In this document: positions 49,582-62,308 of the stretch, piece after piece
Layout: the number at the start of each line of letters is the position of its first letter
Numbering within the stretch: the first letter of the stretch is position 1
Assembly: GCA_965645245.1 (NCBI GenBank)
Contig: OZ287071.1
Coordinates: 1,426,001 to 1,490,000, forward strand
DNA length: 64,000 nt
Direction of reading: 5' to 3'
Origin: Massalongia carnosa
Taxonomy: Eukaryota
Made by a program: the position numbers and the translations under genes
The notes under the pieces: generated by a model
Told to the model about the DNA's origin: nothing
The model's input: the letters and a program-made list of their open reading frames with translations, nothing else
Database searches by the model: none

Positions 49582-52500
49582 TCATGCTGTCTGGTTCTTC
49601 ACTTCCATCTCCATAGCCATTAGTTGCGCCCTGAATTCCTTTCCAACCCATTCCCGGTAACTTTTCCAGCTTTGCCCTTGGAGATTCGTTACCGTGCTAG
49701 AAGCTGTTGGGAATGCATTATGAAGGAGCACGGTGACCCTGAGCACACCTTTACTCGCCTCATTTGCCTTCTCCACCTCCTGCTTCACAGCGTTCTCTTT
49801 ATGTTTGAACGCGAGAATGACGCGGAAACGGCCGGCAACAGCATCAAGGTGACGAACGCTCTCCTCAGGATCAAGGACGATGAGTTTGGTGAGCATAAGA
49901 TTGCAGAGAACCTTGATCTCGTGTTCATCCTCCAGACCGGCTACGACACGATCAAATAGATCGACCGGGTTGATGCGCGAGTATGCACTTTCCATGAGGG
50001 AATATAGCGTTTCGTAAGCGCTCTACGGTGGATTAGATATTGCGCCTTTAAAAAGGGTAAGGTACGTACTTTGCGAACTTCAAGGCCATCGTCCACTTTG
50101 TGCTTGAAAGGACCCATCTGCACCTCTCGTACAAGCTCAGGTCTGACCTTGGACTCTTTCATAACTAAAGGAAGTAGATGCGCAATATGAGGGAGAATGA
50201 TATTAGATTTGTTATGCGCGGCAGAATTAAGTGCTCCCAAGGCTAATCGCCGATTTTCCAGATTGAGATCGTTCAGCATGGTAGTCAAGATTCTAATCAG
50301 AACTGGTTTGAGTACTTCATCAAAGGAATCATCGCTATCCGCAAAGGTAAAGCGGATTGCTTGAATGACCATGCCTCTTACGGTTGGGACAGGATCTTGA
50401 AGATAGTTCTAAAAGTCACAAGTCAATAAGAAGCCCCAGCCAGCTGATTGCATCTTACCTGTAGCAGTGGTAGGAATGTCTTCGGTTCGATGATGGTTAA
50501 TCTTCCAATGCACTCGGCTCCCACGGCTTTATTATCTTCACCCTGCGATGCTATGAGTAGCTTTTCCCAGATTTGTTTGGAGTAGGGGGATATGTCTATT
50601 TTAGCTTTGCTCGCGAATTGCAGGATCTCTTTGATGGCATGCAGTGATAGATACTGCGAACTGCCTGAAACGTTAGACGTCGAAAGTATTACCGGTAAAT
50701 ACTTGTTAATGTTTCCAGCACCAGCACGGCCCAACGCTGCGGCAGCGGCGCGAGGTACTTGTTCCGATATGGAATTGAAATGATTTGTGAAAATGCTCGG
50801 CTGGAGAGGTGAGGAACATGCCAGCCGCAAACCGACTTCTCCCAGAACCGACAACGCTAGACACTTACGTTGCTCGTCGGTGGAGGATCCTAGCTCTGAT
50901 ATAAAGTCATCGATCCTAACTCCAACAGTCGAGGCTCCCGAAACGAGAAGTGTACCGATGGCTTTGCCAACAACAGATGGATCGCCGCTAACACCTACAT
51001 TCCTCAAAAGGCTCTGCATAAGCGGTTTCCCAACACCTTGCTCTCCTATTACCTTCACCAATCCCAACAAGGAGTCCAGCACCACTTCACCAAGGGAAGC
51101 TACGACAACTTTACATATTGCACTCCTCAGGTCTTCCTCAACAACTTTTCTAGGGTTGCGGCTGACAAGTCTTGCAAGAATCACCATTGCTAATCCAAGA
51201 AGATTAAGATCGTTCGGATTAACAAGTGGCAAGAGCATAGTGGCCAGAGTATGGATGGTTTTATCATCGAGACCTGCAAGAGCCACGGGATTGGCGGTGA
51301 GATTTTTTAAGGCTCCGAGACTCGTTCCTCGCAAGACTCGGTCAGCCTTGCGCAGCTGGGCTCCTAATTCGAGCGTCACAGCTCGTACCCAAGCTGCGTG
51401 GAGGTCCTCCTTTTCCCTTGCCGAGGCACATACAATGTCCACAGCTTGAACCGCAGAAAGACGTGTAGTTTCATTCCTTAACCGATCTTGAAGCACGTTG
51501 AGCGCACTTGCTCTCTTCGCGGCTGAAACGAGCTGTAAATGGTTTAAACCCGAAGTTCGAGCCAGGAGAACCCCCAAAGCATAGATAGCCCGTTGTCGCA
51601 CTTCCAGATCGACATCGTTGGTGACAGCTCGCTCAAGGATCACATCATACAGAAGAGTGATGTGAGAAATGTGCTTTTGCTCTGTGCCGGCTGATCGAGG
51701 AGGTGTCACGACCCTAATTATGCTCTCAACTACATGGATAGCCTCGCTAGATATTTTATAGTACTTGTCTTTAACCGCAACAATGATACTAGGAATGAAC
51801 TCGCCAATGTATGGGCAAAGGACATTTGAAGAATGCGTGTCACAAATAGCGCTTACAAGCTGTAAGGCTTCGATTCTTAACCTGCTCCCAGTATTTGAAG
51901 CGCCGCTACCGCCTGAGGCCGACGCATGTCCAGCGTAGGTAGCCGAAGATTTTACTGCTTCAATGACTGGACCCGCAATCGCTCCAAAATGAGCGGAAAG
52001 TCCACCTTGTTGAACAAGAACCATTTGGCAGAGGACTGTGATAGCTGCTTGCTTTGTAGGCATGGAGCTTTGCTTGAGTAATTTTGCAATCTCTCGAATT
52101 ATTATTGGAGTCAATCTTGCTAGATCTGCTCTGGGGCCGGAGATTGGAGAAGGGGTTTCAGCTGGCGAAGAAGCGCCAACAGATGATAAAGCTTCTTGTG
52201 ATTCTAGAATGCCTTCGTCACTGCCTCCTCTTCGCCGCTTCCTTGAGCGAGAGGTGTATGATACTGCAGCGTCAATTCCATGATCATCATCCAAAATTGA
52301 TAATGATACTCCTTCGCCAGTCTTTCGGATCAAAGATGTCAATGCTGATAAAACCTCGAGCCGGACGTTTTCTTCCCGTTCCTTAAAACGATTTATGAGG
52401 ACCGGCGCAACTTGATCATACAAAACGCCGCTTTCCAGAAGGTCTCCGTTGCTTCTGGTTGAAATGAGGCTGTAGAGGGCTTTGGCGGCACATCGCCGTA

Positions 52501-53796
52501 CCTTCCAACTTACATCGTCATCATCGCTCATGGGTCCCTCTTCTTCAAAATCTTCATCTTCGTTATTTTCATCCACGTTAAATTCATTCATCTTGTCATC
52601 ATCACCATTATTGCCTTTGATACCACTCATCGCCTCGTCTTCTCCATCCATGGCACTGTTCGGATCATAAACAACATAACGTAGCGCAGCTGCAATAGCT
52701 TCGTTGGTAAACGGGCGCATATCCTGACTGCAAAGTGTCAAAAAACTATCCAGAGCCACAAGAGCTGCTTCTCTGACTTCTTCAAGTTCAAGATTTGGAG
52801 CTCCAGCCTCCGCGAGCTCTTCCATTCCCTCTTCATAATCTTCTTCACTCAGAGCACTCAAAATGAAAGGGGCAAGTGTCTTCACATTTGGTCCAAGCCG
52901 CTGGGGAATTGATCGAGCCAATGAGCCTACCATTGTGATTAATAAACGTCGCTTGGGCAGCGTTAGATGAACGCCTCGAAAGCTTTCGATAGTTGTAGAT
53001 ACAAAACTATTCAGTAACCGATCTGACAGGTGTACCCCTAACATAGAAATTGCTACGACCGTCTTCTTTTTGATAACAGTACTAGTACGGTCATTATCCA
53101 GTATACTGAGAATGATATTTTGCAAGGCATGCTTTTCCGCCTCTTGAAGCATTGGACCGAAACATCGTATCACCTCGATGAGAACATCGATTGCATCGCT
53201 GTCAACCCCTTTCTCCAGGTCAATCTCTAACATCCCGCGCGGCGGATCAGGTTGATTTTTGAGTCCATGCGGAATCACGATGTAGCCAACTAGCCGAGGG
53301 ATCAGGACTTTGCTGATGGCTGAATAAGCATCCTGGGTGGATTTGGATGGCGGCACACCAGATATAGGTCGGGGAAACGATATTATAAACGTTCGTAGCG
53401 CAGTAGCCGGGATTGAGTTGTCTACAGAATGGCTTGTTTTGAGGTTTGAAAGCTTTTCAACCAGTGGTGAGAGGATATCAGCTGGTAGCTTAAGTGTAAG
53501 AGCACCAAGACTAAACCAAATATCAGCTGTGTAGATGGAAGCCATGCTGTGAGCACTCACCACTTGATTGCCTGATTCTGCACCTCCCCATGACTATCAT
53601 CCAGGGCCTTGAGCAAACACTCAATTGTCTTTGCACATGTGTGATAATCACTTATAAGAAAGTTTGGCGAGGCAGCAGTTAGCACGCTGTATAAATCATT
53701 CAGTGACATATATCGAAGATCGGAATCGGGATCATTCAGCTTTGGCAACAAGACCGATACGTTTGCAGGCGTGAGATTTTGAGATGCGGGGGCCAT
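49582..53796 (-). CDS. CAND1: Cullin-associated NEDD8-dissociated protein 1, full length in one gene
   Basis: DPDSDLRYMSLNDL, GEVQNQAIK, SDDDDVSWKVRRCAAK, RFKEREENVRLE, RLRNETTRL, VREVQMGPFKHKVDDGLEVRK|SAYE. Three introns. An alternative in-frame ATG lies at 53847. Confidence 0.93.
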
Positions 53797-54228
53797 CTCG
53801 CAAATAGCTCCGAAGTGAAAAAGCAGAGTGAACTGGTTGGCATTCAAGATTTCTAGTCGTGAAATTATTCCGATATCAACGCTGGAGTTGTGTAATCAGT
53901 CAGACCCACCAACTTCTGGTTTACATGAATGTCATATCATCATAGCCATTCCAAGGAGCCTCTCAAGTTTACAAGTTGGAAATCGAACTTGTGTTCGGAA
54001 AACAAATAGTGTAAGCGATAGACATAGTTTTAGGACCTCTGATCACTTAACTTCGCTGGTTCCTGGAGAGAGTGTGGTCCGTGCACCCAACAGCTCTCGA
54101 GAGAACACAGCGGGGGCAGAAGCTTCCTTTCTCTAAATCGATTCTGCACCAGAATCACTAACCATAAAACACCTAGAAACCCCGACTTTCCATAATTCCT
54201 CCTGCTTTAGGCTCTATCAACCTCTAAA

Positions 54229-55299
54229 ATGGTCCTTCTAAGAACATCCTTCCGTCACACAACACGCCTTACAAGCCGATCATTAAAGCTGACGCGGAGC
54301 CCAGCCCGGATGCGATCATGGCAGCAAGTTCACAGAAGAGCCTACGCAAGTGGGGAAAATCATTCGAGTGGCCAGGAGCATGGAAAGGGCGAAGATCATG
54401 GTCACCACCAAGCAGGGAGTGATCTCCCGTGGTAAGCTTATGCAAAGAGGTTGACCTGGCATTCTCTATTTTGTGAGCTTGTGGTGCAACGCTAAGCTTA
54501 CAATACCACACCCAAACGAACTCATAGGTATAAAGCTAATCTCGCACGGCCAGGTTGATTGGCTCTATAGTTTTCACTGTTCCTTCAGCATGGTATCTTT
54601 GGCCAGAGCCGAGAAAGAGTCATGGTCATGGGCACGACGAACATAAAGAGCACGAGGAGGGCCACGAAGAGTCAGAAGATCACGGCGAGGGCCAGACTTC
54701 TAAGAACGAGGAAATTGGTGATGGTTTGGTAGAAAAGAGAGGGGAGGAAGACAACGACAACTCGGATGAATCAGAAAGCGACAGGGAAAGAGAAACAGAT
54801 ACTCCAGAGACTACAGATGATGAGGATGATAATTTTCCGCACGAGACCGGAGGTGGTGGAGACGTTGAGGGTGTGCAGTTTAAGGGGGCAACGAAAGGAG
54901 GAACCAGGGAGGGTGAACAGGGTGACACACGGAAGCATATCCCCGATCCAAAGGGTTATTCTAAGAAGAAAATTGAAAGCGATTACGGTAAGCCTCAGGG
55001 AGTTGCGCAAGACGAGGATGATACATCACAAGAGCCAGGCAACGAAAAGGATAAGGTTAGTGAATTCTCTGGTGAATACCTTCAAGTGTCGTGCTAATCG
55101 CATTGCTACCATCCAGCCCGCCGCGGCCAAGCCTCCAGGAGGCGTTGGGCTGCAATCTGGAAAGCAAGAAGGACTATCCAATACAGACACTAAACACTCC
55201 ACTAATATTGATAATGATCCTGAGAAGCCCACGAAACCGGAAGGACCCGAGACATCGAAAGCAAAAGGTACAATTGATCCGGGGCGACCCCAGGCTTAA
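54229..55299 (+). CDS. Hypothetical protein with mitochondrial-type presequence, one TM segment and an acidic low-complexity tail
   Basis: Arg/Ser-rich N-terminus ending RRAYAS, SDLPW|LIGSIVFTVPSAWYLW, His/Glu/Asp-rich body. Two GT-AG introns with CTAAT branch sites. Confidence 0.75.
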
Positions 55300-56471
55300 A
55301 TAATCGTAATATAGCCTGTCTATGAAATTTGGGGATGAGAAATATGGTGCTGATAAAAACCTGGGGCATTGATCCGAACATCCAGTTCCAATCTCAGCCA
55401 AAAAGCAACCACAACCCCTAGACCATTAACTATCTGGCTCTGGGAATGGACTGGATTGAACTGGGAAATATGATGGAATTTCGTGTAGATAGTGTACAAT
55501 GTGAATCAACGCCACCGGTCTGTAATGGGCTGGAACTACTTCCAAGGCTCTCGGAATAGTGCAGAAACTGGACAGAATACTTCCGCTTGCTGCCATATAC
55601 AGTTATTGTCATTTTCGTTTGGCGTCTCGAATCCAGCTCTGTTTCACTTAGTCTAAAGAATTATTGATTCAGTCTACAACCTTAGCCAACCTTAGGCTCC
55701 CTAGACCCTTAAATTGGACGTCATGAGCAAATCCTCGCACTATCTTCTCTTTATATAGGCTCACCGGGCGGGACCGTCTTTCGGGCGAGGGAAGTAAAAT
55801 TCGAGCCGACCTTTGCATTCTGCTTATCACGAACGAAGCACTTGAATTTGCACACAGCATCAACTTAGCAAGGTAAGTCGTTTCATACTAAACCTTCACA
55901 TCTCCCCATCCCTCAAACAAACGCTTGCAGATAGGTACAAGCAGACAATTGTATTCCATCACGGTTCTGAAGACCCTCGAACACCTAGGACGCCCTTGGC
56001 TTCGCTTCATCCCGAAGCATTGAAACTCACCCGTTTTGGTTGCAAGGCCAAAGTTTTGAAACATCCCAGCATGTTTGCTGGTGACCGATTCGCCTGGCGG
56101 GATTTTTGAGAGCTAGTATTTGAGCCGTTGCGTGCAGGCATAGCCCATGATTTGGGCCGTTTCTCAAGTATGATCTGAAATATGCTTATGTGGTGTACCG
56201 TCACCAATGGTAACATGCTTTACTGCTTCTTCAGCGCTCTTCCATCAAATACCTACTTTATGAAAACTGAAAATATGCTCACCGAGAGCATATAAGTTCA
56301 ACTCCTTTGCGCTGCGCATTATTCAGTATTCTTGCTGGATATTACGACAGAAGCTTTCACCAATCCAACCTTCAACTGCTGAAAGCCGAAACTGATGAGC
56401 ATTTCTCCGGATTTAGGGTGGTGTTTGTAAAAGGGTAAATTCCTTGGTCCACGATTCATAGTATTAAGAAG

Positions 56472-57852
56472 ATGTTCCTTTGGCGCTCTCAACGTCCCAA
56501 GTATGTCGAGGGAACAGATGGTCCTCTTAGCATTTCTGGCTGCCAAAAGTATGCCGAGAAGATGGGAAACCAAAAGCTCGACATTCCCCCCGAGATATCG
56601 TTCGAGAATATAATTTCCAACAGGTCAATGCCGGTCCGAAATCTTCCTTGACTTCAAATAAATCCAGCTAACACTCAATTAGCCATGCTCCCTTCAGGAT
56701 TTCATGGATTATTTGGTATATGTAACACACGACGCCGAAAATCTCCAGTTTTTCTTGTGGATGATCGATTATGTACGGCGATTCCAGAAGGCCCCAAAGG
56801 CAGAAATAAACTTATCGCCGAAGTGGACATTTGACGAGAAAGTTCCCCGGCTGACTAATATCGAAAAACCATCGCAAACGAAGGGAAGCAATAAGGTAGT
56901 TGGGTTGATGGGTACAGAGGAGGTAGATTTAAACGACAGCGAAGATATATCTAATGCTTCGACATTGGAATACCCACAATCTACGCGGAAGTCAAAAATC
57001 TATTCCTGGAAGACCTTGGAGTCACCAGACGTGAATTCAGATGAAATGGCTCAATTGATAAAACAGTCTTGTGACGCCCAACCATTTCGGAAGGAAATAA
57101 ACAGGATCGTTTCTCACTACATCAATCTTGGGAGCCCTCGCGAGCTCAACCTTTCCCACGAAGATCGAGCCGCGGTTGTTAACGCTCTTCAATGTACCAC
57201 CCATCCTTCTGCTCTGAGCATTGTAAAAAACATATTGGACATGGCCCTTCGCCATCGAGCCCACCCTAATTTCATCCGCTGGTCCATCTGTAACGGGAAT
57301 ACCCCTAGGACCTTCTTCCTTCGTGGATTTGCAATCGTGAACATTGTGATTGGGATTCTCATCGCCACGTTGTTCACCCTTTCCTCCATATCTCGATGGT
57401 TCCGCATCATAGCAGCCGTGGAGTGGTGGTTTGGCATCACCAATCTCATCGCCGCCTACCAAGGTCTCTGCGTACTCTTACTCCGACGACACACCCGAAA
57501 CATCAGACCATGGGAATTGAACCAAAACCAGGGTAGAAGCGGTTATTTATTTGAAGATGAAGAAGCATTCTCGGGAGGTATGAACGTAGAATACTCGGAA
57601 ACCAGATCACGATGGCCGGTCAAGATGGAGGTATTTGGACCTCCCAACAATTACCTGAAAGAGTCCTGGATTGAACGGCATCAAAGACGATCATTGTGGA
57701 GCAAGATCAAGGACAGGAAAGTCAAAGTAGAGGAAACGGGATTGCGAATCCTTCAGAATAGGATCGTGAGGCAAGCAGAGGCCTGGGCATTGATCGTAAC
57801 GATTCCGCTCACGGCGGGTTTTGTTGCGCTTCCCAAGGGTAACTTCTATTGA
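56472..57852 (+). CDS. RGS-domain protein with C-terminal transmembrane segments (Rax1-like architecture)
   Basis: ISFENIISNRSMP|PCSLQDFMDYLVYVTHDAENLQFFLW, QPFRKEINRIVSHYINLGSPRELNLS, HPNFIRWSICNGN, then hydrophobic helices. Intron at 56634-56682. Confidence 0.85.
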
Positions 57853-58322
57853 AAAGCGGGCGAAAGTCTTTCCAATTTGCATTTTTGGGGAGTTTGTTGT
57901 CATGCTGGGCGAGTTGGCCTTCATTTTCCGTATTATACCCCGATCGTTGCAAATCCACCCGTCATCAAGCCATTTTTCTCACATCACATTGCTCGACGAG
58001 GTCGGCATACACTTATGCACCCTGGCACCTTAGCCCCCCACACCAATGCATTGGCAAGCTCGGTGTAACCGGATACGGCGGTAGGGCGTGGATCGAAAGA
58101 AGTCGTAGGTATATCAGAGCACGGATTATCATCATCAACCCCCTATGAAATCACAACGAACTGTTTGTCTTGTGACGCTTTAGCTGAGGGCTTAATTGGA
58201 TCAAGTCACTATCACAGTCCAGGTTGGGGGTGTAATTCTGGTGTTATGGGTGATATCTTTTTGTCGTTGCTTGGTAGCCTCGGTATCTCCGGCGCTTATG
58301 GTGTTGAGTACGGAGGATGACA

Positions 58323-59669
58323 CAGGAAGTTCTGGCTAGCGTATTTTAGCTTGCATTAGCTTCCGCCACTAGACAAGGGGGTGGTAATAATTTTAAAAAA
58401 GGAGGTTCTCCGGGCATCAAGAGATAAAATGCTTCAATATTTGTAATTTATAGTTGATTTTAGTTGATATTTTGTAGATATCATCATCATGACTCGTGCT
58501 CAAGATAACACACTGACTCTCGCTCAAAGACTTCAGGCCTTGACTCTCGTAGAGCATGGAGTATCAGCCAAAAGAGTAGAGGAAATCACTGAAGTCTCGA
58601 CGAGATCTATCAGTCATATCAAGAAGAAAGCAAGAAGCTGAGGATATTATCCCGAGATCTCACGAGTCTTGAAGATGGAATATGTAGAAGATGCACCTCG
58701 TTCAGGCCAACCTTCTAAAGTAACACCTGCATTGGAGGAGGCTATATTGACTGATGTACGCAAAGATCGAAACGGAAGGGAGAAGTCTTCAGCTATGCTG
58801 GCTTTTGATCATGAGCTGAGTTCTTCCACTATTTTGAAGGTTCTTAAAAAGAATGGATTTCGAGCCTGTAAATCAACGAAAAAGCCTGGCCTTACTTCGA
58901 TGATGAAGCTCAATTGGGAGTTAGAAAATGGAATGAGACGAATGAGACTAAGAAATCCAGGAGGACGACAGCTCGATGGATATGGGATCAAAAATATGGA
59001 AAGATCGTGTGAGATAATAAAAAGGGAGGAATTGACTGGTATCGCTATCAAAAGAATATTTTGCTAGACAAACTTCTTCCATTCGCTACCGAATGCATGA
59101 AAGATCGTCCAAACACGGTGGTTCAAAAAGATAAGGCCCCCTGTCATACCTCCAAACATCAGGATGTGGTGTTTATGGACTTTCGAGTGCTTCGCTTTTT
59201 GTGGCCTGGCAACTCACCTGATCTCAACATGATTGAACCATGCTGGCCTTGGATGAAAAGACGTACGACCCTCCTCAGAGCTCCACGAAGCAGACGAGAG
59301 CCCGAAGTAGCATGGACTGAATGTTGGGACGAGCTATCGCAGGAGCAAATACAAAGCTGGATAGAGAGAATGCCTCGTCACATACGGACTGTCATTGAGT
59401 TAGAAGGAGGAAACGAGTACAGAGAAGGAAGAACAGGAGGAATGGTACGACCTTACGATGCTGAGGAGCGGCGCAGTCGATATCTGCGTTCAAAGAGAGG
59501 TCCTAATGAAGATGAGGAGGAGTAGGCCAATGTAGACTGATGAGGAGGTGGATAAGAAGGTAAAAAAGGAGTAAATAAAGGAGTAAATAAAGGAGTTTAT
59601 CTTCGTAGGGCTGAGCCCCTTGTAGGTGGCTTATTTAGCGTGCATATTAGCGTCGGCCAGAACTTCCTA
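58323..59669 (+). mobile_element. Degenerate Tc1-like (IS630/Tc1/mariner) DNA transposon
   Basis: TIRs CAGGAAGTTCTGGC (58323-58336) and GCCAGAACTTCCTA (59656-59669) match 13/14, with looser similarity to about 58 bp. TA follows the right end and CA precedes the left end. Confidence 0.88.
58489..59525 (+). pseudogene. Disrupted DD34E transposase
   Basis: HTH-type N-terminus, PRSGQP, D(KAPCH)-34aa-E ending WPGNSPDLNMIE. In-frame TGA at 58639, a frameshift near 58968, a second TGA near 59010, and apparent loss of the first catalytic Asp segment near 58900. Confidence 0.88.
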
Positions 59670-60016
59670 TATCAATCAATTGGATTACATGTGGCGCTGA
59701 CGTAGCTTTTACGGCTGACTTAGCTTTTACGGCTGCCTGGGAACGGAACTCTGGAACTCCGTACAGAGTATAGAGTGGATATAGAAAGCTTCGTAATACT
59801 GCTCTGCTTCTTGTTCATCTTCTCTATACCGACCGCAATAGCAAGACCATGATGCTTTCCTTCAACTGAATCTGAAACGACGATCAGTACGTCACCATCG
59901 GGGCTGAGCATCCAAACGAACAAGTACTAGTTAGTACATTACTTTGTACTACCTTTCGAGTACCCATTACCATTGCATGGATTGCTGTTCTTGGTGAAAT
60001 CATAACATAGCATACA

Positions 60017-61107
60017 ATGCCGACGGGCGCACAACCATTGCGCAATGGTGCTCGAGTGCCCCGAAATATGGCTCCAGGAGCAGCTCTAGCTTCGCTGCAA
60101 ACAAATAGCCAAGCACTCCGCAATGTGCGGTATTCCTACACAGAAACCCCTACAGAATTCCAGCGACCGACCTTTGAGCAGTTTTCTCCCGCAGACTCTA
60201 TGATCGAGGAATCGCCAATTTCTCCCCGAGACGGCTATCGTCAAAATCTCGCCGAGCAAGCCATGAAGGCTCATATCCCGCTGCTTACAGCTTCGACCCC
60301 CCAGGCCGGAACTCCCTATTACTTCCCTCCTCCCCAGGAAGTCCACCCAGCTCATTTTGCCCCGTACGCCGATCCTGCTCCACTGACGCGGGAGCCGCAC
60401 CAATTTCAACAGCCACAGTCGCCCGGCCCGTTACCTATCAAGTTGGACCAGGAGCCAGCATCTCCGTCAGTCGCAAATATCCATAACGATGAACCGGAAG
60501 AGCGGAAGGCGAACTCGCCAAGAGTTGCTCCTCCCACGGAACAGAAGCCTCTCGTTTACAATCCAGATTCTTTGGCGGGCCCCAATGTCACTCATGGGAC
60601 TCATCGGCCAGGACAAGTTTCACACCCGAATGCGGCAGTGGAACCAGAGTGGAAGCATGGGCTTTGCGAAGTTGATATGCTATGTTGTACAGGAATTGTC
60701 TGCCCGTGCATGGTATATGGGAAAACCCAGTATCGACTGTCGAGAAAAGCACAGAAACAAGAGCCCACTGACCTTCTTGGTTACGAATCTTGCAACTCAT
60801 CATGTGTGGTTATGGCTGTAGCTTGTGGTTTTCAAGGTGAGCATCATAGGAGATCAACAGTCGTAGGTTACTGACCACAGCAGGGGTTCTCGCCGCAATC
60901 CAACGAAATAGGGTACGAAGGTTGTATAAATTGAATGGTAGTTTGGGATCTGACTGCGTGAAAGCACTTTGCTGTTGCTGCTGCGTTGTGATGCAAGATG
61001 AGAGAGAGGTTCGTGATCGAGAGGAGCTCATTCGAAGATATGCGGGCCCTGCAATTAGTGCGTATGAAGCGCCAGGAACAATGGCATATGCCCCTCCACC
61101 ACGATGA
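60017..61107 (+). CDS. PLAC8 (DUF614) family Cys-rich protein
   Basis: WKHGLCE..CCTGIVCPCMVYGKT, R..YKLNGSLGSDCVKALCCCCCVVMQDERE. Pro-rich N-terminus. One intron at 60837-60883. Confidence 0.88.
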
Positions 61108-62308
61108 ATGCTTTGCTGGCTTCCTCTAGATTTTGGAGGCTTTGCGCACCACTACGGCGGGTTAGAAAGAAATGCCGAACATAGCATATCTCTTATATCA
61201 GCCAGCCAGATGGCGCGGAGGCAGTGGCGCCCCCATCGCCCGTGAGTGGTGTTGAAGATGGCATGCATCAAATGCAAGCAGAGCTTTGCACGAGTTATTT
61301 CGCACTACTTTCCAAGAATGGCATCATAGCAAGACAAGATACCCATTGATCGCAGCGAGGCAGCTCAACCAAGGAGCGTTTACTTTCTTGCTTCCCGGGG
61401 CTTTGGGTTTGCTCTACCCTTCAACACGACATAGCAGCCAGTCCCTAGCTGAGGGCAACCTCCATGATCTCATACGCCAGCCTATATGAGAATTAAGGGG
61501 GCCGTACTTGGAAGAAAGGGTGAATAGGATGCACGAACAATTTCGAGTGAACGGTTTCGAATTTGCCAGCAGTGCTATGCAAGTACCAAAAAGGCGAAAC
61601 TATTTGAGGGAACAACAGCCACGATGAGGACTTGAAACGAACGGATTTTGTTACGATGCAGACTCAAAGTGGAATCTCATTTTGTAAGCAACTATTGCCT
61701 CAGATCCTCTGGCAGTAGGACTATGTCAGATAGTAGCTAGACCTCGGAGTAGGCAAGGAGGTGTCTCGAGGTCATGAAAGGGATTCCAATGGGGTCATTG
61801 TGTTTCTCATATTAACTTGTACGAAGCATGATTATCAAAAACAGTTCAGATCACATGATTTTGACGTCATTCGTCTATCTTTGTAACTACAGAGCACAAA
61901 ATATAATCCAGTTTCGCCATCCACGCGGGTGTTAAAGGGTACCTACACACCTACACATCTATTTATCGAAGTAGACATCGATCATGGCAGTTCATTGACC
62001 AGTCTATCTATCTTTCTTCTATCCAGCTTGACTATGCTTTTCAACATCCATTTCGTGACCATTCGCTTGTTCTCTCATTGAGCCTTCTATTCCCTTGTTG
62101 GCGATCAAGCAGTTCCAGACGTTACTCGACATCGTTTTTCAGTTGAGTGCATAAATCAATGCCTGTAACTGGGGTTTTCTGTTAAAGCCTTTTGAAGCTA
62201 TCTCTGTATTTTCAAACCATACTAAGACTATTTTTCTACTCGCTTCTTCAACCTGAACATATCTTTTCCGGTTCTCTTTACCTACCGGAGCAAAATACGC
62301 TGGTGATA

